Of a stretch of 64,000 nt of DNA, positions 36,874 to 47,972 are shown in pieces. Under the pieces are notes generated by a model. The model was given only the letters and a program-made list of their open reading frames with translations. It made no database searches and was not told where the DNA came from. The stretch spans positions 23,402 to 87,401 of the forward strand of contig JAKPQL010000065.1 in NCBI GenBank assembly GCA_029547045.1, written 5' to 3'. The translations under genes were made by a program, and so were the position numbers. Every line of letters begins with the position of its first letter. Position 1 is the stretch's first letter. Origin of the DNA: Deltaproteobacteria bacterium. Its GTDB lineage: Bacteria > Desulfobacterota > Desulfomonilia > UBA1062.

Positions 36874-37989
36874 CTAGATTCCGCCTGGAGACAACAGAAC
36901 TGCCAGAACGGTAAACTGGTCATCTCCGGTATCGTACCTGCCGATGATCTCCGCGTCGCTGCCGACGGCGATGTCGCTCATAAGGAGATCTTCGCCGCAG
37001 GGGGTCATGACAAGGCTCTGCGCCAGCAAGACCGCATCCACGTCCCCGGAGAGCTCTTCACCCGCACCGGGACTCAGCGTGAACTCACCTTCAGCGGGAA
37101 GCGCGGTCACCGAGCCTTCCACCACCAGCACATCCCCGATGACCACGAGCCGCGCCTGCAGGACCCCGTCCATGGTCAGATAGCCGTATACCACCACGGC
37201 CTGGTCCTCCTGCAGGGAGTCAGGGGTGACGTACTGGTTGTTTTCAGAAAAGGTCAGCATGTCATCGGCGAAGTGCACCCTCAGGTCGCCCAGCACCTCA
37301 AACTCCCGGCCCATGATGAACCCGTCTGGAGAGGCATCAAGGTCCGCGTCCAGCAGCGAATCGATGGCGCCCCTGAAGAGCATGGAGCACGGGGTCGAGG
37401 TCGATCCCCGGGCGATGACGTCGGCAAAGACCACGGGCCTGAAAACGCATTTTCCGGAATTGCCCGCTTCGTGCAGGTGAATGGACCTGTCGGCATCGAT
37501 ATCAAGGCGGAGATACAGGACCTGCCCTTCATCCACTGTGAAGGCGCCCTGGGGATTGATATCGATCCTGCCGCCGGGCAGGAAGAGGTCCATGCCCTCG
37601 CAGGGGCCGCCCACGGCGTGGAGACCGCTGATGGCGAGCCTGATCTTCTCGTATCTGCCCACCGGAACCTCCTCGTTCAGGATGAGCAGGAAGTCTTCGT
37701 CGCGCAGGTCAAGAAGATCGACGGTATACCCGTCGCTGGACGTGAAGACCACGACGGGATTGGATTCCTCCCCCTCCGGCAGCAGGGACACCCCGGTGAT
37801 GGTGATGTAGATGTGATCGAACCCATCCGTGGGCGCATCCGTGAGCAGGACACCCACGGATCCATAGGAACCTTCTGCTTCGGGATGAGACGATCCGCCG
37901 CTGCTGCATGCCGCAAGGTATACGCTGACGAGTGCTGCTGCACCAAGGACGAGGAGAAGCGCTGCACCGGTACGCAGATATCTGTTCAT
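36874..37989 (-). CDS. DUF4382-like lipoprotein
   Basis: The signal peptide carries the lipobox 'LAAC'. 'GVLLTDAPTDGFDHIYITITGVSLL' is characteristic of DUF4382. AGGAGG lies 5 nt upstream. Confidence 0.65.
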   Translation of the reverse strand: MNRYLRTGAALLLVLGAAALVSVYLAACSSGGSSHPEAEGSYGSVGVLLTDAPTDGFDHIYITITGVSLLPEGEESNPVVVFTSSDGYTVDLLDLRDEDFLLILNEEVPVGRYEKIRLAISGLHAVGGPCEGMDLFLPGGRIDINPQGAFTVDEGQVLYLRLDIDADRSIHLHEAGNSGKCVFRPVVFADVIARGSTSTPCSMLFRGAIDSLLDADLDASPDGFIMGREFEVLGDLRVHFADDMLTFSENNQYVTPDSLQEDQAVVVYGYLTMDGVLQARLVVIGDVLVVEGSVTALPAEGEFTLSPGAGEELSGDVDAVLLAQSLVMTPCGEDLLMSDIAVGSDAEIIGRYDTGDDQFTVLAVLLSPGGI

Positions 37990-38171
37990 GCCTGCCTCCT
38001 TTGAGGATCCTGCCATCCATGGCCCTGACACGGAGCGGTCAGGGAGGCGGAACACCCCTTTATACGCGCGGTGCTACCCATCGCACCGGGTCACATCGGC
38101 GACAATATACTGTGCCATAAATCCACCGGAATGTCCATCAGGAGGCAGGTGCGGGCCCGTATATCCCCCCC

Positions 38172-39044
38172 TCAGCGAAGGCCCGCAACCTCTGCGAAGG
38201 TTTCACCCAGAAGGCGCTTCTGCACGGACCGGTCCGGGAAGATCCGCTCGATGCGTCGCTTGATGAAGCCGTAGTCGTAGCGGCCGTCCGCGCCGTGGAA
38301 CCCGTAGGGACCGTCCGTGCCGTAGAAAAGGCGGTCGATCCCGATGGCCCGGGCAGCCCCCAGGGTGGCCCGCTCGCTCGTGTAGCTCGTCTGGGACACG
38401 TCCAGGTAGACGTTCTTCCGGCCCCTGATCCGCTCCCAGGTGTCCGCGTACCCCGGGAACCCCGCATGGGCGAGGATGAGCTTCAGGTCGGGCACGTTCT
38501 GTAGCAACGCTTCGAAGTCCCCCTCTTCGCCGAAGCCCGCGTGGATGAGGAGCGGCTTGCCGATCTTTGCCAGACGCTGCGCCACCTCCGTCAGCTCCAC
38601 GGGCCTGAAGTGGTGCCAGAACGGGTGTGCCTTCACTCCCACGAATCCCGGGCTGTCCCTGTACTTCTCCAGCTCGTCCACCGGGTTGAGCCTGCCCCGG
38701 GGGTTCACGAAGACCCAGCCGAGGAACCGGTCCGGGTGAGCGTGCACGGCGGAGAAGACCCGGGCGTTGTCCGGGTCCGGCTCGATGAAGTAGGGCAGGC
38801 CGAGGATCTTCACCTCGCCCCTGTCCGTGAAGTTGGAAACGAGCGCCTTGCCGATGCCCCTGAGTGAGCGGTTCTCCAGCAGCACCTGCAGGACCCAGAT
38901 GAGGAACCGGGGCGGCTCATGGAAGGGCGCCACCATGCTCCCCATGAGCGCCACCTTGTCCACGCCGCTGCGGTCCATCTCCTTGAGCAGACCGCCGGTG
39001 TCGAGCACCCTGTCCTCCAGGTGGTAATGACAGTCGATGACCAT
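38172..39044 (-). CDS. Amidohydrolase-2 family (TIM-barrel metal-dependent hydrolase)
   Basis: The product begins 'VIDCHYHL' and has 'LLIHAG' and 'ILAHAG' strands. Confidence 0.8.
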   Translation of the reverse strand: MVIDCHYHLEDRVLDTGGLLKEMDRSGVDKVALMGSMVAPFHEPPRFLIWVLQVLLENRSLRGIGKALVSNFTDRGEVKILGLPYFIEPDPDNARVFSAVHAHPDRFLGWVFVNPRGRLNPVDELEKYRDSPGFVGVKAHPFWHHFRPVELTEVAQRLAKIGKPLLIHAGFGEEGDFEALLQNVPDLKLILAHAGFPGYADTWERIRGRKNVYLDVSQTSYTSERATLGAARAIGIDRLFYGTDGPYGFHGADGRYDYGFIKRRIERIFPDRSVQKRLLGETFAEVAGLR

Positions 39045-39178
39045 AGTCCCTCCCCGTCATGTGACGTGCCTGCACAGGCACCACACCGGACGTACCCATG
39101 GCCCCGGAGAAGGTGCCTGCCGTATGCTTCATATTATAATGCCAGGGAGGGACTTCTCAAGATGCACGAGCGGCATGC

Positions 39179-41089
39179 TCAGCAGAACTGTCTGAGGAGG
39201 ATCTGTGTGGAGAGTACGCCCAGGAGCGCGCTGCTGTCCCGGAACCCGGCGCGCTCCGTACGGGAGCACTTGGCGATGAGCGCCTCCACCCGGTCCGCAT
39301 CGAAGACCCCGCCAGCGTTGACGGCGTCGCGCTCCAGGTAGGGCCTTACCTCGGGCCTGAGCGAGCCCGATGTGAAGAACGCCTCCTTGTTGGGCGCGCC
39401 GTAGGGCCGCTTCACCCGGGAGAAGATCTCTGGGGGCAGCTCGGCGCGGAAGGCCTTCTTGAGTATGTACTTCTCCCTGATCCCCCTCATCGTGAGGTGC
39501 GGGCTCAGGCGCGAGGCGTATTCGGCCACATGGTGGCTCAGGAAGGGGTAGCGCCCCTCCACCCCGTGGGCCAGTGCCATGCGCTCGCCCTGGGAGGAGA
39601 GCAGGTACCCTGCCAGCAGGAGCTTGATCTCCAGATACTGTGCCTGGTTCAGTGGGTGCCACTGCGGGAATTCCCCGGGGATCATGGCCGACAGGTCCTC
39701 CACCGGGTCATAGGCCCCCGCGGCGCCCCGGAACTCCTCGCTGAAGAACTGCTGGATGGCGGCGGTGGTGCGCCAGGTGGGCAGGTGGGAATAGGCGAAA
39801 TGCGCCGTGTCGAGAAGTCCCTCCCGGTAGAAGGACATGAGCATGCGGCCCGAGCGCCTCATCTGGACCTGGGAGTGGGGGTACAGGGCAAGGAGCAGCA
39901 GGGGGCGGAGCCTGGATTCGGGAACGCGCGACCAGAATCGCCGGATCAGGGCCTCCTTGAAGATGTCGTATCCGCCGAAGAGCTCGTCCGCCCCCTCCCC
40001 GGTGAGCACCACCTTGATGCCGCACTCCCGGGCGAGCCGTGAGAGGTGGAACATGGGTGCGGGCGCCGAGCGCAGCAGTGGCGTCTCTGCGTGCCAGACC
40101 ACCTGCTCGAAGGCGCTGCCGATGTCCTCGTAGGCGATCCTGCGCACGTGGTGGTGCGTGCCCAGGCTCCTCCCCATGGTCTCCTGGAACGCGGACTCGT
40201 CGAAGGCCGGGTCTGCGAAGCTCACCGAGAAGGTTTCCATGCCCGGGACATGCCGCTTCACCAGCGCGGAGATGACGCTCGAGTCGAGACCCCCGCTCAG
40301 GTAGGCGCCCACCGGCACGTCGGCGCGGAGTCTCAGCGAGGCAGCCTCGTCCAGGACACCCCGCAGTCCCTCCATGGCCTGATCCTCGTCCGTGACGTCA
40401 TGGTCACCCCTGGCGGGGAAGGTGACGTCCCAGTACTGGAACGATCTCATGGTGCCGTTCTCCAAGACCAGGCACTCGCCGGGTCTGAGCTGGAACACGC
40501 CGTCGAACACGGTCCTCGGCGCCACGGCTGCCCAGAAGGTGAAGACCTGGACGATGCCCGCGGGCGACAGCCTGAGCCTGCCCAGCAGCGGGAGCATGGC
40601 CTTGACCTCGGAGGCGAAGATGAGGCAGTCCCCCTGCACGGCATAGTGCAGGGGCGCGATGCCGAACCGGTCCCGGGCCAGCACGAGGCGGCCCTTGGGA
40701 ACGTCCCACAGGGCGAGGGCGAACTGTCCCTCCAGGCGGCTGAACAGCTCGAGCCCGTGCTCCTCGTAGAGGTGGAGAAGCACCTCGATGTCGCAGCTCG
40801 TCCGGAAGCGGTGACCCCGTCGCGTTAGGTCCGCGGTGAGCTCCTTGTAGTTGAAGATCTCGCCGTTGGCGCACACGTGGATGGTGCCGTCCTCGTTGGC
40901 CATGGGCTGCGCGCCCGAGGCCAGGTCGATGATGGAGAGCCTCCGGTGCCCCAGGACCACGGAGTCGTCCTGGAACACGCCCTGGCCGTCCGGGCCACGG
41001 TGGACCATGCCGGAGAGCATGGTCCTGATGGCACGGCTGCTGATGCCGCCCGCGTGGCGCGGGTGGTGGACACCCATGATACCGCACAT
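39179..41089 (-). CDS. asnB: Asparagine synthase (glutamine-hydrolysing)
   Basis: The product has an 'MCGI' Ntn-glutaminase N-terminus and the 'SGGLDSS' PP-loop. Confidence 0.85.
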   Translation of the reverse strand: MCGIMGVHHPRHAGGISSRAIRTMLSGMVHRGPDGQGVFQDDSVVLGHRRLSIIDLASGAQPMANEDGTIHVCANGEIFNYKELTADLTRRGHRFRTSCDIEVLLHLYEEHGLELFSRLEGQFALALWDVPKGRLVLARDRFGIAPLHYAVQGDCLIFASEVKAMLPLLGRLRLSPAGIVQVFTFWAAVAPRTVFDGVFQLRPGECLVLENGTMRSFQYWDVTFPARGDHDVTDEDQAMEGLRGVLDEAASLRLRADVPVGAYLSGGLDSSVISALVKRHVPGMETFSVSFADPAFDESAFQETMGRSLGTHHHVRRIAYEDIGSAFEQVVWHAETPLLRSAPAPMFHLSRLARECGIKVVLTGEGADELFGGYDIFKEALIRRFWSRVPESRLRPLLLLALYPHSQVQMRRSGRMLMSFYREGLLDTAHFAYSHLPTWRTTAAIQQFFSEEFRGAAGAYDPVEDLSAMIPGEFPQWHPLNQAQYLEIKLLLAGYLLSSQGERMALAHGVEGRYPFLSHHVAEYASRLSPHLTMRGIREKYILKKAFRAELPPEIFSRVKRPYGAPNKEAFFTSGSLRPEVRPYLERDAVNAGGVFDADRVEALIAKCSRTERAGFRDSSALLGVLSTQILLRQFC

Positions 41090-41411
41090 GCCTGTTCACC
41101 CTTTGTATGGTTTGAGAACGCAAGGACCGATCTTGCCAGAAGGGTGCCACCGAAGGGTTCACCATGGGCCCGGCGCTCCTCAGGCCCATGGTAAACCAAG
41201 GCCGGTACAGGTTCTGCTGGGATTCACACGCGGACAGGACAGGCATGGAACAGCAGGGGCAATTCCGCCACACAATGGTATCATGGTGAACCGTTCTGAA
41301 CGTTTTTGTGTCAGCCACCTTCCCGGACAGACCCTGGAACAAGAGGGCCAGAAGAGCTCCCGGCAAGGGCTTTCGAGCTGGGGCCGAGGAGCGCCTCTCC
41401 TGCGCCGGTGA

Positions 41412-41427
41412 TGGCACCCGGTTTGCT
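41412..41427 (+). promoter_or_regulatory. Sigma-54 promoter TGGCAC-N5-TTGCT upstream of amtB-glnK
   Basis: The sequence is an exact -24 GG / -12 GC consensus with correct spacing, about 45 nt upstream of the amtB ATG. Confidence 0.6.
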
Positions 41428-41471
41428 CTGTAGCCCTCAGTTCGATACCCATCTGCGAGGAGGCAGTCGCC

Positions 41472-43060
<1,589 letters not shown>

Positions 43061-43084
43061 GAGGACCTGCCCGTCCATCCCTGC

Positions 43085-44764
43085 CTAGGCTGCTCCCTCA
43101 CGCTTCTTCCGTTCCAGATCCCTGAGCTCCTTGCGCAGGATCTTGCCCACCGCGCTCTTGGGCAGCTCGTTCATGATCTCGATGTCCTTGGGCACCTTGT
43201 AGGCCGCAAGCCTCTCCTTGAGAAAGCGTATGAGCTCGTCTCTGTCGATGGTCTCTCCGGGCTTGGGCACCACGTACGCCTTGGGCGCCTCGCCCCTGTA
43301 CGCGTCGGGGATGCCGATGGTGCAGGCCTCAAGAACCTTGGGGTGCGTAAAGAGGATCTCGTCGATCTCCTGGGGGAAGATGTTGTAGCCGGCCGCCACG
43401 ATCATGTCCTTCTTGCGGTCCACGATGGTGAGGTAGCCGTCCTCGTCCAGGAAACCGATGTCGCCGGTGAAGAGCCACCCGTCCTTCAGGACGTTCGCCG
43501 TCTCCTCGGGCTTCTTGTAGTAGCCCTTCATGACCTGGGGGCCTCTGAAGCAGATCTCGCCGGAGGCCCCCTGCTTCATCTCCCTGGTCCCGGTTTCCAC
43601 GTCCACGATCTTCAGGTCGGTGCTCGGGAACGGCACGCCCACCGTGCCCGGCTTGATGTTCCCCCTCCAGGGGGAGGCCGTGCCCATGGGCGAGGTCTCG
43701 GTGAGTCCGTAGACGTTGATGAGGTCTCCCCCGGTGAGGTTCTTCAGGTCGTTGATGGTCTCCACGGAAAGCGGGGCCGCCCCGGCGATGAAGCCTTTGA
43801 TGAAGCGCAGGTCCATGCTCCTGAACTCCGGGGTGTTGAGCAGGCCGATGAAGATGGTGGGCACGCCGGGCATGAAATCGGGCCGGTACTTCCTGAGCAG
43901 TTCTATGATGACCGAGGGCTCGGGCCTCGGCACCAGCACGTCGGTCCAGCCCCCCCACACCGAGAAGTTCTGCATGCCCGTGAACCCTGCGGAGTGGAAG
44001 AACGGGAAGATGGCGAGGATGCTGGCGTTGCCGTCCTCGATGTCGTAGAACCAGCTCCTGAGCTGCTGCACGTTGCACGACATGTTGGCGTGCGTGAGCA
44101 TCACCCCTTTGCTCACCCCCGTGGTGCCGCCGGTGTAGATGAGCGTTCCCACGTCGTCCCAGCCAGCCTCGTTCGGAAGTGCTGACGAGTCCCTTCCCTC
44201 CATGAGGTCCAGGAACTCCGAGACGCCGTCCTGCCGTTCCACCTTCTTGTACATCTGCTTCTTTACGAAGGGGAAGAGCTGCTTCTTGGGGAACGGCAGG
44301 TAGTCGCTGATGTGGCAGGTCACGATATGCCGTACCTTGGTGTCCGCCCTGATCTTGAGCGCCCTGGGCAGGAGGAGGTCCAGGGTGACGAGCACCGTGG
44401 CGTCAGAGTCGTTCAGCTGGTAGGTGAGTTCGCGCTCGGTGTAGAGCGGGTTGTTCTGGGCCGCCACCGCCCCGATGCGCCAGGCGGCATAGTTGGCGAT
44501 GACCACCTGGGGGATGTTTGGCAGGAGCATGGCCACGGTGTCGCCCTTCTTCACGCCCATGCCCGTGAGCGCCCGTGCAAAGGCGTTCACCATGGCATCC
44601 AGCTTCTCATAACTGATGAATCTGCCCATGTAGTTGAGCGCGGCCCGGCGGGGGAAGCGCCTTGCTGTGCGGGTGAGCACCTCGGGCATGGTGATGCGGT
44701 CGAAGGCGATCTCTGTTGGTACCGCCGCGGGATAACTCCTGTGCCAGCTCCTCTCGAAGGACAT
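43085..44764 (-). CDS. fadD: Long-chain fatty-acid--CoA ligase (AMP-dependent synthetase)
   Basis: The AMP-binding motif is 'IYTGGTTGVSKG' and the conserved 'GYGLTE' and 'GEICFRGP...KGY' are present. Confidence 0.85.
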   Translation of the reverse strand: MSFERSWHRSYPAAVPTEIAFDRITMPEVLTRTARRFPRRAALNYMGRFISYEKLDAMVNAFARALTGMGVKKGDTVAMLLPNIPQVVIANYAAWRIGAVAAQNNPLYTERELTYQLNDSDATVLVTLDLLLPRALKIRADTKVRHIVTCHISDYLPFPKKQLFPFVKKQMYKKVERQDGVSEFLDLMEGRDSSALPNEAGWDDVGTLIYTGGTTGVSKGVMLTHANMSCNVQQLRSWFYDIEDGNASILAIFPFFHSAGFTGMQNFSVWGGWTDVLVPRPEPSVIIELLRKYRPDFMPGVPTIFIGLLNTPEFRSMDLRFIKGFIAGAAPLSVETINDLKNLTGGDLINVYGLTETSPMGTASPWRGNIKPGTVGVPFPSTDLKIVDVETGTREMKQGASGEICFRGPQVMKGYYKKPEETANVLKDGWLFTGDIGFLDEDGYLTIVDRKKDMIVAAGYNIFPQEIDEILFTHPKVLEACTIGIPDAYRGEAPKAYVVPKPGETIDRDELIRFLKERLAAYKVPKDIEIMNELPKSAVGKILRKELRDLERKKREGAA

Positions 44765-44886
44765 AACACCTCCTCTTTTCAATGGAAATCGACATGCCCT
44801 GCAGGACCGGGCGAATATGTAATATGGTATTACAATAATAGCATGGTGTTCACTGTCAATTCAAGGTGATTTTCCTGCTGGAGGAC

Positions 44887-44913
44887 CTGCCGCCGGCAAG
44901 GACCGGGCGGCAG
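44887..44913 (-). terminator. 8-bp palindromic hairpin (CTGCCGCC...GGCGGCAG) just downstream of typA; weak terminator candidate without a U-tract
   Basis: The inverted repeat was read directly from the sequence. Confidence 0.25.
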
Positions 44914-44931
44914 CATGGATGTGCGGATATG

Positions 44932-46773
44932 CTACCCGGCCGCCTTCTTCCGGGCAATGCTCAAGGTGTGCCTCTTGCCCGACGAGAGCTCGGCCTTGCG
45001 GAGCCTCACCGACCTCGGGGTCACCTCCACCAGCTCGTCGTCCCGGATGAACTGCAGGGCCCGCTCCAGGGTCATGGGCACCACCGGGGTGAGCAGGATG
45101 TTGTCGTCCCTGCCCGCTGCCCGCATGTTGGTGAGCTTCTTCATCTTGCAGGGGTTCACGTCGATGTCGTTCTCCCGGCTGTGCTCGCCCACGATCATGC
45201 CCTCGTACACCGGCTCCCCAGGGGTTATGAAGAGCCTGCCCCGGGGCTCCAGGCCGGAGATGCCGTAGGACACGGCCACGCCTCTCCGGTCGGCCACCTG
45301 CGAGCCGGTGAAGCGGGTCGGGAACTCGCCCCGGTGCTCCTCGTAGCCCAGGAGGTACGAGCTCATGATGCCCGTGCCCTTGGTGTCGGTGAGGAACTCG
45401 TCGCGGTAGCCGATGAGCCCGCGGGACGGGATGTTGAACTCGATCCTGACCCGGCCCGTGCCCTGGGACGCGTAGTTGATCATCCTGCCCTTGCGGATGG
45501 AGAGCTTCTGGGTGACCACGCCCAGGAACTCCTCGTCGCAGTCCACGTAGAGGTGCTCGACGGGCTCGAGCACGCGTCCGTTCCTGTACTCGCAGATGAC
45601 CTCGGGCCTGCCCACGCAGAGCTCGAAGCCCTCGCGCCGCATGGTCTCGATGAGGATGGCGAGCTGGAACTCCCCACGGCCCTTGATGACGAACCCCTCG
45701 GAGCCGGGCAGGACCTCCAGCCGTATGGCCACGTTGCGCAGGGTCTCCCGCTGGAGCCGCTCGTGGATCCTGGTGGACTGCACGTACGTGCCCTCGGTGC
45801 CCGCCAGGGGGGAGGTGTTGGGCATGATGCGCATGGACACGGTGGGCTCGTCCACGGTGATGCGCTTGAGCGCCCTGGGTCTTTCCTGCGTGCAGATGGT
45901 GTCGCCGATCTTCACGTCCTCGATGCCCGCAATGACCACGATGTCGCCGGGCTCTGCGCCCGGGGTCTCGCGGATGCTCACGCCGTCGTAGCACTGCAGC
46001 TTGGTGACCTTCAGCGGCAGGTGCCGGCCCTGGGCGTCGATGCAGAGCAGTGCGTCGCTTCCGGCCACATGCCCGTGGAACACCCGGCCGATGGCGAGCC
46101 TGCCCACGTAGTCTGAGTAGTCCAGGTCGGCCACCAGCATCTGGAAAGGCTCCGCGGGGTCGTGGGCCGGGCCCGGCACCTCGGCGAGGATGGCCTCGAA
46201 GAGGCAGGAGAGGTCAGTCCCCTGCTCATCCAAAGAGCGCATGGCCACCCCGTCGCGGCCCACTGCGTACAGGCAGGGAAATTCGATCTGGGAGTCGTCC
46301 GCGCCCAGGTCGATGAAGAGATCGTAGACCTCGTTGAGCACCTCCTGGGGTCTGGCGTCCCTGCGGTCGATCTTGTTGATGACCACGATGACCTTGAGCC
46401 CTGCTTCCAGGGTCTTCTTCAGGACGAATCGCGTCTGCGGCAGCGGGCCCTCGGAGGCGTCCACCAGGAGGATGGCGCCGTCGGCCATGGTAAGCGCCCG
46501 CTCCACCTCCCCTCCGAAGTCGGCATGGCCCGGGGTGTCGATGATGTTGATCTTCACGCCTTTCCACATGACGGAGCAGTTCTTGGCCGCGATGGTGATG
46601 CCGCGCTCGCGCTCCAGTTCCAGCCGGTCCATGACCCGTGCCTGCACCTCCTGTCCCTCCCGGAATACCCCGCCCTGGCGGAACATTGCGTCCACCAGCG
46701 TGGTCTTGCCGTGGTCGACATGGGCGATGATGGCGACGTTCCTGATGTTCTCATTGGTGTGGAGCATGCTCAT
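44932..46773 (-). CDS. typA: Translational GTPase TypA/BipA
   Basis: The conserved stretch is '[19 protein letters not shown]...DTPGHADF'. The product is an EF-G-like multidomain protein of about 610 aa. Confidence 0.95.
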   Translation of the reverse strand: MSMLHTNENIRNVAIIAHVDHGKTTLVDAMFRQGGVFREGQEVQARVMDRLELERERGITIAAKNCSVMWKGVKINIIDTPGHADFGGEVERALTMADGAILLVDASEGPLPQTRFVLKKTLEAGLKVIVVINKIDRRDARPQEVLNEVYDLFIDLGADDSQIEFPCLYAVGRDGVAMRSLDEQGTDLSCLFEAILAEVPGPAHDPAEPFQMLVADLDYSDYVGRLAIGRVFHGHVAGSDALLCIDAQGRHLPLKVTKLQCYDGVSIRETPGAEPGDIVVIAGIEDVKIGDTICTQERPRALKRITVDEPTVSMRIMPNTSPLAGTEGTYVQSTRIHERLQRETLRNVAIRLEVLPGSEGFVIKGRGEFQLAILIETMRREGFELCVGRPEVICEYRNGRVLEPVEHLYVDCDEEFLGVVTQKLSIRKGRMINYASQGTGRVRIEFNIPSRGLIGYRDEFLTDTKGTGIMSSYLLGYEEHRGEFPTRFTGSQVADRRGVAVSYGISGLEPRGRLFITPGEPVYEGMIVGEHSRENDIDVNPCKMKKLTNMRAAGRDDNILLTPVVPMTLERALQFIRDDELVEVTPRSVRLRKAELSSGKRHTLSIARKKAAG

Positions 46774-47041
46774 GTTGTGTGGTCTCCCGGTGCTCTCGCG
46801 TATTTTCCGGCACAGAGCGCATATACCAGCTCATGCGCCTTGGCAACACAAATCTCATGCATCCGCCCGGCAGGACTGCCGCCGGGGAATGCCTGTGCGT
46901 TTCCGCCCTATGGTATTGAATATCAGACCACCGGGGCTATAATGTATGCATGTCAGCCGGGACACCGATACCGGATCTTCCCGCAGCGCCAGGCGCTTGC
47001 AGCTGATTGATATAATTGAGAAATAGGACAGAGGGGTGCAC

Positions 47042-47857
47042 ATGGAGAATCTCGTCGTCAAGGTCCAGGAGTGGATTGCCTTGTATGGGTTCAGGATCAT
47101 CGCCGCACTGGTCATCTTCATCGTGGGCCGCTGGGTCGCACAGGCCGTTCAGGGACTGATCGTGAGGATCCTTGCCAGGAAGAACGTGGACACAACCATC
47201 GTGTCCTTTGTGGGACACCTGTCCTACCTGGCGCTCCTCACCTTCGTTGTCATCGCTGCCCTGGCCCAGCTCGGCATCCAGACAACGTCGTTCATCGCGG
47301 TCATCGGCGCCGCGGGCCTGGCCATCGGCCTGGCATTACAGGGATCGCTCGCCAACTTCGCGGCCGGTTTCCTCATGATCATCTTCAAGCCCTTCAAGGC
47401 GGGTGACTACATCGACGGCGGCGGAGCGTCAGGCACGGTGGAGAAGATCGAGGTGTTCACCACCACGATCACCACGGTGGACAACAAGGTGGTCATCATC
47501 CCCAACGCCAAGATGATGGGCGACAACATCACAAACTATTCCACCAAGGAGCTCCGGAGGGTGGATCTGGACTTCTCCGTGAGTTACCGTGACAGCATCG
47601 ACGAGGTGCGTACGTGCATCCGGGACGTCATAAGCGGTGATGCACGGATCCTCAAGGATCCTGAACCGGCGATCCTCGTCAAGGAGCTCGCTGACAGCAG
47701 CGTGGTCTTCCAGGTCAGGTCATGGGTGAAGAGCGCCGATTACTGGGGGGTGTACTTCCATGCCATCGAGGCGGTGAAGAAACGGTTCGACGCCCAGGGC
47801 ATCACCATCCCGTTCCCGCAGCGGGACGTGCACATGTACGAGCACAAGACTGCGTGA
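47042..47857 (+). CDS. mscS: Mechanosensitive ion channel, MscS family
   Basis: The product has 3 TM helices and a conserved MscS beta-domain ('IIFKPFKAGDYI...GTVEKIEVFTTTI'). The ATG at 47042 has a GAGGGG RBS; a GTG at 47036 is an alternative start. Confidence 0.85.
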   Translation: MENLVVKVQEWIALYGFRIIAALVIFIVGRWVAQAVQGLIVRILARKNVDTTIVSFVGHLSYLALLTFVVIAALAQLGIQTTSFIAVIGAAGLAIGLALQGSLANFAAGFLMIIFKPFKAGDYIDGGGASGTVEKIEVFTTTITTVDNKVVIIPNAKMMGDNITNYSTKELRRVDLDFSVSYRDSIDEVRTCIRDVISGDARILKDPEPAILVKELADSSVVFQVRSWVKSADYWGVYFHAIEAVKKRFDAQGITIPFPQRDVHMYEHKTA

Positions 47858-47868
47858 GCGGTCCCCAT

Positions 47869-47902
47869 GACTGCCTGTGGAGGGATCCCTCCACGGACAG
47901 TC
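47869..47902 (+). terminator. Strong hairpin (GACTGcctGTGGAGGGA.TCCCTCCACggaCAGTC) after mscS
   Basis: The hairpin has a 9-bp perfect inner stem plus a 5-bp outer stem. No T-tract follows. Confidence 0.35.
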
Positions 47903-47972
47903 AGACGCCCTGTTCAACTATTCCCCGCCGGATGACGATGTACCCAGAAAGACCGGAATCCAAGGGCATGGC

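Noticed and set aside
39179-41089. Reading AsnB as a lasso-peptide cyclase or other RiPP biosynthetic enzyme
   Set aside because: No precursor peptide, transglutaminase-like B protein, RRE domain or ABC exporter is adjacent. The intact glutaminase Cys2 and PP-loop, and the length, fit housekeeping asparagine synthase.
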